Source: Mariprofundus sp. (GTDB lineage Bacteria; Pseudomonadota; Zetaproteobacteria; Mariprofundales; Mariprofundaceae). Taken from it: a stretch of DNA of 47,931 nt. Positions 1-9,196 of this stretch are shown here, one piece after another (the stretch's first letter is position 1; each line of letters opens with the position of its first letter). A program made the position numbers and the translations under genes. Location: positions 1 through 47,931 of the forward strand of contig JALUWF010000072.1 in NCBI GenBank assembly GCA_027019785.1. Direction: 5' to 3'. The notes under the pieces are model-generated. The model made no database searches. It was given only the letters and a program-made list of their open reading frames with translations, and was not told the origin of the DNA.

Positions 1-791
1 AATATCCACGGTTCTGATTTGCTGTTGCATTCCATGGGATACCAGCTTTAGCACCTGATCTCCGACATCATGACCGAAGGTGTCGTTAACGGATTTAAAA
101 TGATCGATATCCAGCATCATGACAGAATAAGGATGATGATAACGCACACACAGCAATCGAGATCGATCCGCTGCCGCAAAAAAAGCGCGTCGGTTCGCCA
201 ACCCTGTTAGCGGATCGGATGTGGCCAGACGCCGAAGGATTTGCCAAGTACCTGTTCCGTTTCCATGCCCATCATTTCAAGCCATGCTGCGTTGACATCG
301 ACAATACAACCCTGCTCGTTTAATGCCTGATATGGCAATGGAGAATCCTCGAACAGTTGGCGAAAGCGCTCTTCACTGGCCTGAACGGCATAGGCAGTTT
401 TGTAATCCTGCAACTTGAAACGGATAATATATTCAAGCCGCAGCCAGTGAATCGGCTTTACAATATAATCTGCCGCCCCCGCCTCGAATGCAGCAACAAC
501 CCATGCGTCATCATCGACTGATGTAATGATCAATACAGGACTATATTCATCACGATCGATTTCGCGAATACGTCTGCATGCGTCCAGGTTGCTGATGCCA
601 TCCTCTGCTGGCATGACTGCGCCCATAAGTACCATTTTCGGGGATTCACGATCAAACACTTCAATGGCCTCTTTTCCACTCGATGCTTCACAAACGGCAT
701 AGCCCTTATCTTGTAGAAACTGACATAATACAGATCGAAACGAACAAGAATGTTCGACAACGAGAATCAATGACCCCGATACTTCATACAC
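1..791 (-). pseudogene. Disrupted REC-PAS-GGDEF diguanylate cyclase (continues past the left window edge)
   Basis: ORF 207..791 encodes a receiver fold with degenerate acidic sites (VEHS, LMGAVMP) and only the first ~40 aa of a PAS domain. A different minus-strand frame from ~237 to 1 reads RRLATSDPLTGLANRRAFF...MMLDIDHFKSVNDTFGHDVGDQVLK, the N-terminal half of a GGDEF domain. Confidence 0.8.
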
Positions 792-863
792 CTGATTCCC
801 TCCTTGATCTCCGAACCCAATGGGCCTTTTGGCTAGTCAAAATATTACAATGATTAAAATTGC

Positions 864-881
864 TTGCCCCCCCCCGCAAGT
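864..881. repeat. 18-bp direct repeat TTGCCCCCCCCCGCAAGT, copy 1 (TTGC-N8-GCAA dyad)
   Basis: Identical 18-mer at 11496-11513. Confidence 0.8.
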
Positions 882-931
882 TCCATACCATAATGGCCTC
901 AGCATGGAAAAAAGGGGATCTATTGCAGACG

Positions 932-3547
932 ATGAAACTTCGCGTATTTACATTCCCAGTAGTAGTAGTAGTAGTAGTAGTAGTAGCAGTAGCAGTAGGG
1001 CTTTCAAATTTAAAAAATCATTTAACGAATGAGTCCTTAAGCAACCTCAAAACCGTCAATCATAATATTAGAATCGCCCTTCATCGTGAAATAGATAACA
1101 CCGATCTTTCCCTACTTCAGATCCTCCATGATGATGAAATTCATTTGGCTTTGGTGGATGCATTAACGAAAAATTCCGCCACGCCCGAAGATCGCTTCGA
1201 TTTACGCGAGATGTTGGTAAGCAGTATTTTCCAACAACACTATAGAGGCTTCTACCTTATCAACAAACGGCAGCTGATCATTGCATCCATGAAGGATCTT
1301 GATACGGGCAAGAAGGTTCCGGGCATGATTGTCAGTGCCATAGATAGATTAAATCAAGGCGAACCCTTTGTCATAACACACGCATTTAAACATCACGGTG
1401 GCGTAACCATGTGGCTGATCCGCTCTGTCAGGGATAGGCAGGGTAAGATTATCGGCTACTTTGCTCTGGATCTGGGTAAGGAATTCCGTTTCTCTTCCAC
1501 GACATTAACTTCCGGCACCAGTTATCGAACGGGAGAAACCTACCTTGTCGATAACAAGGGCATGATGTTATCGGAGTCACGGTTCAAATCTGATTTGGTG
1601 AAAGCGGGCCTGTTAGAGCCAGGTCAAATGAGTACGCTAAATCTGAAAATAACAGACCCCGGCACAGACCTTCTCACCCATACTCAATCGATCAAAACTG
1701 AAGGTGCGAAGCCGTTCACCTTTGCTGTAAAACGAGCAATAGAAACACGCCACTCCGGCTCGAATATTGCGGGCTATCGGGACTACCGCGGTGTTCCGGT
1801 ATTGGGCGCATGGCAGTGGGATAATACGCTACAGGCTGCCATTATTACCGAGATCGGTCAGGATGAAGCCCTGGCAGACTACATTCATGTACGCAATATC
1901 ATGTTGCTTCTGTTATTGGTCGTGTTGGTTGGCAGTCTTATATCCGTGATTGCATTTAGTCGTTTACGTCTCCGATCTGAGCGAGAAGCCAATCGCCATC
2001 GCGCGATACTGCTGGAGTCTACAGCAGAAGCGATTTATGGGGTTGATCTGGCTGGCAACTGCACATTTGTTAATCGCGCCTTTCTCAATTTACTGGGCTA
2101 TGAAGAGCATGAAGTGATTGGCAAAAATATACATTCTTTGATTCACCACTCCTTTCCCGATGGCAGCCCATATCCCGTTGAAGCCTGTAATATCTATAAA
2201 TCCCATCAGTCTCGCACCCGCATTCATAGAGATGATGAGTCATTCTGGTGTAAGGATGGTCAGGAAGTCAAAGCTGAATATTGGTCTCAACCTCTGTTCG
2301 AAGGAGATGATGTCATCGGCAGCGTTGTTACGTTTATGGACATTACCGACAAGAAAAAAGCGCAAACAGAAAGGGAGAAACTGGAAAACCAGGTGCAGCA
2401 TTCGCAACGGCTGGAGAGTCTTGGCGTGTTGGCAGGGGGCATTGCCCATGATTTCAATAATTTGCTTGCCGCCATTCTTGGCAATGCGTCACTTGTGGAG
2501 TCCAATGTATTGAAAGATCCGCTCAAGGCCAAGGAACGGGTAGTCAGAATCATACAGTCGGCTGAAAAAGCAGGCGTATTATGTAAGCAGATGCTGGCCT
2601 ATTCTGGCAAAGGGCAGTTTATTCTGAAATCGATTAACATATCTTCTGTCGTGGAAGAGATGACTCATCTGCTGGAAGTATCCATTGATAAGTCGGTGTT
2701 CGTTAAATATCACCTCTCCGAGCAGTTGCCGACAATCCTGGTTGATGAGGCGCAGATACAGCAGGTCGTGATGAATCTGGTCACCAATGCCAATGAGGCC
2801 ATCGAAGGAAAGAGTGGTGTCATTTCGATTACAACCGGCATGATGCAAGCTGATGAGAAATATATTGCAGGGTCTTATGCGTCGGACAACATACAGCCCG
2901 GACGATTTGTCTATGTGGAAGTAAGCGACACTGGTTGCGGCATGGATAAGCAAACCATTCAGAAAGTATTCGATCCCTTCTTTACCACCAAAGTCACGGG
3001 TCGCGGACTAGGCATGAGCGCCGTACTCGGCATCGTACGTGGCCACAAAGGCGCGCTGAAAATCTATTCAGAGCCGGGGCGTGGGACGACCTTTAAGTTC
3101 CTGTTGCCTATCGATGACGCAGTTCATGCAGAGAATACAGACGTATCAAGTAGTGGAAACATACCACACTTTTCAGGAGGCACAGCTCTGGTTGTGGATG
3201 ATGAGGAAACGGTGCGTGAAATGGCATGCATGATGTTGGAGGAGTTGGGATTTGACACAATTCCGGCCGCTAATGGCGAAGAAGGTTTAGAGCTTTATAA
3301 GCAACACCGAAAGAATATCCGTTTCATTCTAACCGATTTGACCATGCCCAGAATGGATGGTCGTGACCTGTTCATGCAACTAAAACGGATTGATCCGGAG
3401 TGCCATATCATTTTGACCAGCGGCTATAACTCGCAAGATGCTATTCAACAGTTCTCCGGCAAAGGGCTGGCCGGATTTATCCAGAAGCCGTATACAGGGA
3501 AAGCATTGAGCTTAGAAATTGAGAAAATTCTTGGGGTTGAGCGATGA
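932..3547 (+). CDS. Hybrid sensor histidine kinase (TM, periplasmic Cache-like, TM, PAS, HisKA, HATPase, REC)
   Basis: H-box LAGGIAHDFNN, N-box QVVMNLVTNA, G-boxes DTGCGM and FTTKVTGRGLG, C-terminal receiver (VVDDE, LTDLTMP, IQKPY), Cache-like GYRDYRGVPVLGAW. Start placed at ATG 932, just before the TM helix. Confidence 0.93.
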   Translation: MKLRVFTFPVVVVVVVVVAVAVGLSNLKNHLTNESLSNLKTVNHNIRIALHREIDNTDLSLLQILHDDEIHLALVDALTKNSATPEDRFDLREMLVSSIFQQHYRGFYLINKRQLIIASMKDLDTGKKVPGMIVSAIDRLNQGEPFVITHAFKHHGGVTMWLIRSVRDRQGKIIGYFALDLGKEFRFSSTTLTSGTSYRTGETYLVDNKGMMLSESRFKSDLVKAGLLEPGQMSTLNLKITDPGTDLLTHTQSIKTEGAKPFTFAVKRAIETRHSGSNIAGYRDYRGVPVLGAWQWDNTLQAAIITEIGQDEALADYIHVRNIMLLLLLVVLVGSLISVIAFSRLRLRSEREANRHRAILLESTAEAIYGVDLAGNCTFVNRAFLNLLGYEEHEVIGKNIHSLIHHSFPDGSPYPVEACNIYKSHQSRTRIHRDDESFWCKDGQEVKAEYWSQPLFEGDDVIGSVVTFMDITDKKKAQTEREKLENQVQHSQRLESLGVLAGGIAHDFNNLLAAILGNASLVESNVLKDPLKAKERVVRIIQSAEKAGVLCKQMLAYSGKGQFILKSINISSVVEEMTHLLEVSIDKSVFVKYHLSEQLPTILVDEAQIQQVVMNLVTNANEAIEGKSGVISITTGMMQADEKYIAGSYASDNIQPGRFVYVEVSDTGCGMDKQTIQKVFDPFFTTKVTGRGLGMSAVLGIVRGHKGALKIYSEPGRGTTFKFLLPIDDAVHAENTDVSSSGNIPHFSGGTALVVDDEETVREMACMMLEELGFDTIPAANGEEGLELYKQHRKNIRFILTDLTMPRMDGRDLFMQLKRIDPECHIILTSGYNSQDAIQQFSGKGLAGFIQKPYTGKALSLEIEKILGVER
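959..985 (+). repeat. (GTA)9 trinucleotide repeat encoding poly-Val in the first TM helix
   Basis: Nine perfect GTA units followed by GCAGTAGCAGTA. Confidence 0.95.
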
Positions 3548-4377
3548 CTTTTATAAAATACTGCTTGCCTGTCTTTATCTCACTGTTCGTATTGCAGGCT
3601 CCGGTAGCCTTGGCCGAAACCATCTCCATTGGCGGTTCAACGACTGTCGAGAAATACATTCAACTGGCAGCAAAAGCCTATACTGCGATACACCCGGACA
3701 TCACCTTCAGCATCAACGGCGGAGGTTCTACGGCGGGCTTCGCTGAATCCCTCGATCAACGTGTTCATATTGGCATGATGAGCCGGGAGATGGCACCGCA
3801 GGAAGTTGCCAAATCTGGAGATATAAAACATATCGCTATCGCTCTGGATGCTGTCGTTCCTGTGGTTTCCAAAGAAATATACGCATCGGGAATTCACCAC
3901 ATAAAACCGGGCACACTGGCTCAAATTTATCAGGGACAAATCACCAACTGGAACATACTTGGCGGACCCAATCGCCATATCATTGTCGTCGATAAAAACA
4001 TCTATCACGGCACACGGGAAGTGTTTGCGCATTATGTTTTGGGTGAAACTGATGCTCCGAAGGTATCAGTCTCTGTGATTTTGGATTCGGATGTCGATGT
4101 GCTGAGATTGATTCACAGTAGTGACCAGGCCATAGGCTATGTCGGCATCGGCTATGTTGATCAGGATGTTCATATGTTGGGGCTTCAAATAAAGGGGCGT
4201 ACTGTCAGCGCGACGCATGAGAATATACGGAGTGGAAGCTACCCGATGTCTCGCAAACTGTATCTGCTATTACCCAGGAAAATTCCTGGTTATGTACAAG
4301 GTTTTGTGGATTTCATCCTGTCGGTAACAGGGCAGGCTATTGTAAAACAGGCCGGTTTTTTACCGATCAGAGAGTAG
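3544..4377 (+). CDS. PstS-like phosphate-binding periplasmic protein (no pstCAB nearby)
   Basis: Signal peptide; IGGSTTV, GGGSTAG, IGMMSR, GSYPMSRKLY motifs. Confidence 0.85.
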   Translation: MTFIKYCLPVFISLFVLQAPVALAETISIGGSTTVEKYIQLAAKAYTAIHPDITFSINGGGSTAGFAESLDQRVHIGMMSREMAPQEVAKSGDIKHIAIALDAVVPVVSKEIYASGIHHIKPGTLAQIYQGQITNWNILGGPNRHIIVVDKNIYHGTREVFAHYVLGETDAPKVSVSVILDSDVDVLRLIHSSDQAIGYVGIGYVDQDVHMLGLQIKGRTVSATHENIRSGSYPMSRKLYLLLPRKIPGYVQGFVDFILSVTGQAIVKQAGFLPIRE

Positions 4378-4401
4378 TTATATAGAGGGAGCACAAAAAA
4401 A

Positions 4402-6105
4402 TTGAAAAAAACCAGGTTATCCATTGCAGTAGAACTGATGCTGATCGTCGGCGCACTTTTCTTTATTACGCTGGCAGTATCTGAATATGAATCAACCCAA
4501 TCAGAAGATGAGCTTGCCCTTAATGTAGCCACGAAAAACGTCAAGACGTTGACCCGCACCTATTTCGATTCACTCAACCTGCTCATGCTAACCGGCGCCA
4601 TGGATAATCGAGAAGTCTTGCACAAGAAATTCCTGCATGCTAAAAACATCCGCGAAGCACGTGTGATTCGCGGCCAACCTGTCATCGACCAACATGGCCC
4701 GGGCTTTGATGATGAAAAACCTGTTGATGATCTGGATCGCAGAGCCTTGAAAGGTGAAGAAATTGTGAAGCTTCATACGCAAACTTCACCCGATGGAAAG
4801 CAGGAACGCGTGGTAACTGTGATCACCCCCTTCAAGGCAACACATCACACAAGAGGTGTGAATTGTTTACAGTGCCATGAAGTCCCCAGCGGCGCCGTAA
4901 ACGGAGCTATTCGGATATCATACTCCATTGCTGATACTGATATGCAGATTCACAAAGCCACCATCAACAGACTTACTCAGGCCATACTGTTTTTCGTAGT
5001 GGGCATGATGATCTTTTTTATGATCCTTAAAAGGCGACTTATTACACCATTGAAAGAGATTGGCACAGTCGCGAAACGCATCACAGGAAACGAGCTGGAT
5101 TTCAAAGTGGAGTCAAAACTTCGAAATGAACTCGGCGAACTGATGGTGGCTATGGATGATATGCGGGATTCCCTTCAGAAGGGTGCGCTGGCCGAGAAGG
5201 ATAAGCAGGAGAGGGAGCGGGCCGAATTTGATCGCGAACGTCGCATTGAGAACGAGGAAAAGAAAATTATTCAGCAATTTCAAAGCCAAATTGCGAAAGT
5301 CATTGATGCAGTCAAACAGGCAAGCAGTAACGTGAATGACTCTACTCGGACATTGGGAGATGCATCGCAAACACTACTGAAACAGAGTGAAATCGCTGAC
5401 GCTGGTGTGGTTGCTACATTCGAGCAGGTACAAACCACTGCTTCAGCAACCGAAGAGATCAGTGCCAATATTTCATCGGTGAATGAGCAAGTCACAAAAA
5501 CACTTACAGTCTCTGATCATGCTGTAGATGATGCCAGAAATACCAATGAGATATTGGATAACCTATCCAGTGTATCAAAAGAAATTGGTACGGTCGTCGC
5601 GACAATTAGAGAGATTGCCGATCAAACTAATCTGCTGGCCTTAAATGCAAGTATAGAGGCGGCGAGAGCAGGTGAGGCCGGGCGAGGCTTCTCTGTGGTT
5701 GCCGGAGAAGTGAAAGATCTGGCTAATCAGACCGCCCTCGCAACGGAAAGCATCGCAGAAAAAATCAGCCGCATGCAACGTGAAAGTGGCAGTGCGGTGG
5801 ATGCTATTCAGCAGATCAGTAAGACGATTGTTGATCTGAATGGTTACAGTCAAAATGTTTCAGCGGCTATGGAACAGCAAACTTCAGCCATTATTGAGAT
5901 TTCATCCGGTGCGCAGCACTCAAGCGATAGTATGGATTCAGTCCAGCATGCTGTATCGGATGTTCAACATGCTGCAGAAAGCACAAATACAATTTCAGAT
6001 CAGATGCAATCGGCAGCAGATGTTTTAAATTCAAGTATCGCTGCACAAGAACAGGTCATTAGGGAATTCCTTGATGGATTAGAAACATTGCGAAGGCGAA
6101 ATTGA
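4402..6105 (+). CDS. Methyl-accepting chemotaxis protein with periplasmic c-type heme domain and HAMP
   Basis: Two TM helices, CLQCH at 4864-4878, hairpin [37 protein letters not shown] start after GAGGGAG. Confidence 0.92.
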   Translation: MKKTRLSIAVELMLIVGALFFITLAVSEYESTQSEDELALNVATKNVKTLTRTYFDSLNLLMLTGAMDNREVLHKKFLHAKNIREARVIRGQPVIDQHGPGFDDEKPVDDLDRRALKGEEIVKLHTQTSPDGKQERVVTVITPFKATHHTRGVNCLQCHEVPSGAVNGAIRISYSIADTDMQIHKATINRLTQAILFFVVGMMIFFMILKRRLITPLKEIGTVAKRITGNELDFKVESKLRNELGELMVAMDDMRDSLQKGALAEKDKQERERAEFDRERRIENEEKKIIQQFQSQIAKVIDAVKQASSNVNDSTRTLGDASQTLLKQSEIADAGVVATFEQVQTTASATEEISANISSVNEQVTKTLTVSDHAVDDARNTNEILDNLSSVSKEIGTVVATIREIADQTNLLALNASIEAARAGEAGRGFSVVAGEVKDLANQTALATESIAEKISRMQRESGSAVDAIQQISKTIVDLNGYSQNVSAAMEQQTSAIIEISSGAQHSSDSMDSVQHAVSDVQHAAESTNTISDQMQSAADVLNSSIAAQEQVIREFLDGLETLRRRN

Positions 6106-6189
6106 TATCATGCAATGTTGAATCTGGTTTTTCTGGTTTTCTTGCTTTCCAATGCGCCAGATGGCAAATTGGCACCTGACACAGCCCAT

Positions 6190-6348
6190 GAAAATATCTT
6201 TTTTTGGTTCAGGATTTTGATTTCATTCGCGTGTATTCGCGGTTCGCTTGAAGGTTTTGATTGTATGAGAAAGAACAGAGCAAGGTCAAAGGCGAACCGC
6301 GAATGGACACGAATGAACGCGAATAAGGGCAAGGGCTTATTTTCCTGT
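6190..6348. repeat. ~160-bp repeat element A with internal inverted arms of 10-bp units (CRCGAAT core)
   Basis: Arms 6222-6247 and 6292-6324 are inverted; the whole element recurs inverted at 11629-11829. Confidence 0.9.
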
Positions 6349-6398
6349 AACGGTTGTAAAAACAATCTCCCATGATATCCAATGTAGGAGGAGGGCCT

Positions 6399-8327
6399 AT
6401 GATCAGGGTTGCTGGATTACTAATATCTTGTCTGGTGTTTTATCCAGTAGCGTATGCGGATACGCCGGTAGATATGTTGTTTGATGAGCAGGATACTGTG
6501 ATGACAGCAACAGAATCGCAGCGGGCGCTGGGGCAGGCGCCTTCCATTGTTACTGTGATCACCGAAAAGCAGATTCGTGATATGGGCGCCCGCACACTGA
6601 TCGAGGCGTTGGAGTCCGTACCCGGGCTGAATATTAGTTTCCCTGCTGGCTTGGCGAATGGGCATACGTTGACGGTGCGTGGCTTGAAAAGTGGCGAAGC
6701 AGAAAAAACCCTGTTATTGATCAATGGTCATCGGGTTAACAATCCCTATTCCGGGTCATGGACATTCCTGTTTGATGAGTTTCCACTCGATGATGTACGT
6801 CGCATTGAAATTATTCGCGGTCCCGGTTCCGCACTGTATGGCTCCAACGCTATGGCCGCAGTGATTCAGATTATTACCCGCACGGCTGAATATTTTCGCG
6901 GCTCTGAAGCGGGTACATCCGCAGGTAATCACGGCTATCTGGGCGGCCATGTCCTGACCGGAGGCAAGGGCGATGATGCCAGTATCATGCTCAACCTGAA
7001 TGCGGCTTCCACAGATGGTGACCGACAGAAAATTCAGCGGGATGCAGCGGGGAAATCGGGTGTCGGTAATTTTTGGCGCCGACAGCAGCAGGGCTTTCTC
7101 TCTGCAAAGGCGGGAAACTGGTCGTTATTTGCCATGCATGTGAATAAACGGCGCGGTAGTGTGCTGGATGCGACGAATCAGATTGATCACGCCAGCAATG
7201 TTTCGATTCGTCAGAGCATTGCGGCATTAACCTGGGCCAAAAACAGTGATATTTGGGATGTGTCTCTGCGCAGCGATGCCGATCTGTTTAATCTGGATCC
7301 TCGGTGGCAGCTGTTCGGTGGTGCATCGAGAGGCAGCTCTCAGGTCAAGAATCTCACCCTCACCGGGAGCGGTCTCGTACGCTACAGAGGCTGGCAGGAT
7401 CAGGAATGGACAGCCAATCTAAGCTATGACCATATTCGCCAGTTTGATGTCCGTACATTTATTAATGGTGCAGATGTGTCTGCTTCACTCAATCATAACC
7501 GCAACACCACCCGCCAGGTGTATGCGCTGGCGATTCAGGATGTATGGTCGCCACTGCGTAACCTGACGCTCACCGCAGGTGTGCGGCTGGAGCACTATTC
7601 CGATGTCGGCAACCATACATCACCGCGCCTGGCGCTGGTCTGGAATGCCACCGATATGCTGGATTTCAAGCTGATGTACGGACATGCCTTCCGTGCCCCA
7701 AATTTTATCGAACTATTCTCTGCCAATAACCCTACGATACTGGGTAATCCCAATGTACGACCGGAAAGCGTCAACACCTATGAGTTCGGCGCTTCATTGC
7801 ACAAGGGGATCTGGCATCTGGACGGCAATGTGTATTATAGCCGTTATAAAAATCTGATTACCCGTATTGCGCCCAGCCCGTTGACGGTCAATGTTGGTCG
7901 CGAAATATTGAAGGGGTTTGAAACAGAGTTGCGTATTGATGTGCAAAAGGGTTTATATGGCGCATTAAGTTATACCTGGCAGACCGGTAGCAGCAGTTTG
8001 ACAGGGGCACGCTTGCCTGATGTGCCGATGCAGGTCATTCGGATCAGTGGCGATGCGCCGTTGCCGCTGGATGCGCATATCCATGCGGATGTGCACTGGA
8101 TCGGTTCACAAAGCCGCGCCGCCGGCGATCCCCGGCCTGCACTAGGCTCTACATGGCAAGCTGACATGGCTATACGAGCGGGCAATATTTCCAACGGGCC
8201 AAGTATGAGTTTTGTGATCAATAATATCTTTAACCGCACAATATTGAGCCCCGTTGCTAATCCGGTGATGTCGGATATTCCGCTTCATGATAGGAGTTGG
8301 ACGTTTAACCTGGCCTGGGCCTTTTAA
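6399..8327 (+). CDS. TonB-dependent outer membrane receptor
   Basis: Plug motifs APSIVTVIT, LLLINGHRVN, IEIIRGPGSALYGSNAMAAVIQIIT; barrel motif YGHAFRAPN; C-terminal Phe. RBS GGAGGAGG precedes ATG 6399. Confidence 0.93.
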   Translation: MIRVAGLLISCLVFYPVAYADTPVDMLFDEQDTVMTATESQRALGQAPSIVTVITEKQIRDMGARTLIEALESVPGLNISFPAGLANGHTLTVRGLKSGEAEKTLLLINGHRVNNPYSGSWTFLFDEFPLDDVRRIEIIRGPGSALYGSNAMAAVIQIITRTAEYFRGSEAGTSAGNHGYLGGHVLTGGKGDDASIMLNLNAASTDGDRQKIQRDAAGKSGVGNFWRRQQQGFLSAKAGNWSLFAMHVNKRRGSVLDATNQIDHASNVSIRQSIAALTWAKNSDIWDVSLRSDADLFNLDPRWQLFGGASRGSSQVKNLTLTGSGLVRYRGWQDQEWTANLSYDHIRQFDVRTFINGADVSASLNHNRNTTRQVYALAIQDVWSPLRNLTLTAGVRLEHYSDVGNHTSPRLALVWNATDMLDFKLMYGHAFRAPNFIELFSANNPTILGNPNVRPESVNTYEFGASLHKGIWHLDGNVYYSRYKNLITRIAPSPLTVNVGREILKGFETELRIDVQKGLYGALSYTWQTGSSSLTGARLPDVPMQVIRISGDAPLPLDAHIHADVHWIGSQSRAAGDPRPALGSTWQADMAIRAGNISNGPSMSFVINNIFNRTILSPVANPVMSDIPLHDRSWTFNLAWAF

Positions 8328-9196
8328 TGCACCGTTTTCTTTTGACATCGCTGTTGCTGTTATTGCCGGTTTCGGCCTATGGACAGGCACTCGAGGTCGA
8401 TATCCTGTTTTCTGAACGTCATCGCCCGCATGTTGCAGTAGTCAAGGCGCTATCGCAGGCGATTCGAGCTGAAGATGTTCGTCTGTTTTCAGGGTTGGAA
8501 AATGGCGAGCTGGACGAGGAAAATTCACAACTGAAAACAATCCGGAGCAGAAATCCCGATCTGATTGTTCTGGTGGGTGAGGATGCGTTGCTAGCAGCGC
8601 TTGGCATGCATATTCGTATCCCGATGATTTCCATCATGTCGATGAGTCTGAACCACAATATGCAACAGCAACTGGATATTAGCGGCATAGATTTACGCCC
8701 ATCTCCTGTTGTGGTTGCAGATGAGTTGGCGCATCTGTTACCAAAGCATGCGAAAGTATTGAGTTATTACAATCCTGATTTTTCGGCTAACTATATAGAT
8801 GAGGCTGCAGAGTCTTTTCGAAAGCAGCAACTAAACTTACTCGCCAGACCATGGCCAAAGCATGATACCCTGGCAGTATTAAACAGCAGCATAAAAACGG
8901 TTGATGCTTACTGGATGCAAATGGAATACCGGAGCGTTGAGCCCGATACATTGAGGCTGCTGTTTGAACTGGCGAAACATGGCAAAAAACTGATTGGTCT
9001 GTCAGCAAAATATGTTCGCGCCGGGGCATTGATTGCATGGACGCCCCGGCTGCGTGTCATCGGGCAACAGGCGGCAAAACTGGTGAACCGTATCCTGGAC
9101 GGCGAGCATGCTTCGCATATTGCAATACAGCACCCGGAAAAGATGAAGGTCAATATTCGCACTGAGGGCGTTGTTTCAGGAGACTCTGATGAGTGA
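8327..9196 (+). CDS. Periplasmic ABC-type substrate-binding-like sensory protein
   Basis: Signal peptide; YVRAGALIA and IGQQAAKLVNRILDG typical of ABC_sub_bind-like proteins; coupled to both neighbours. Confidence 0.75.
   Translation: MHRFLLTSLLLLLPVSAYGQALEVDILFSERHRPHVAVVKALSQAIRAEDVRLFSGLENGELDEENSQLKTIRSRNPDLIVLVGEDALLAALGMHIRIPMISIMSMSLNHNMQQQLDISGIDLRPSPVVVADELAHLLPKHAKVLSYYNPDFSANYIDEAAESFRKQQLNLLARPWPKHDTLAVLNSSIKTVDAYWMQMEYRSVEPDTLRLLFELAKHGKKLIGLSAKYVRAGALIAWTPRLRVIGQQAAKLVNRILDGEHASHIAIQHPEKMKVNIRTEGVVSGDSDE

Noticed and set aside
820-1032. 70-aa poly-Ser ORF
   Set aside because: Alternative frame of the (GTA)n tract in the kinase gene.
6108-6375. ORFs 6108..6365 (-) and 6115..6375 (+)
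   Set aside because: They are translations of the repeat element (FIRVHSR, NREWTRMNAN) with no protein features.
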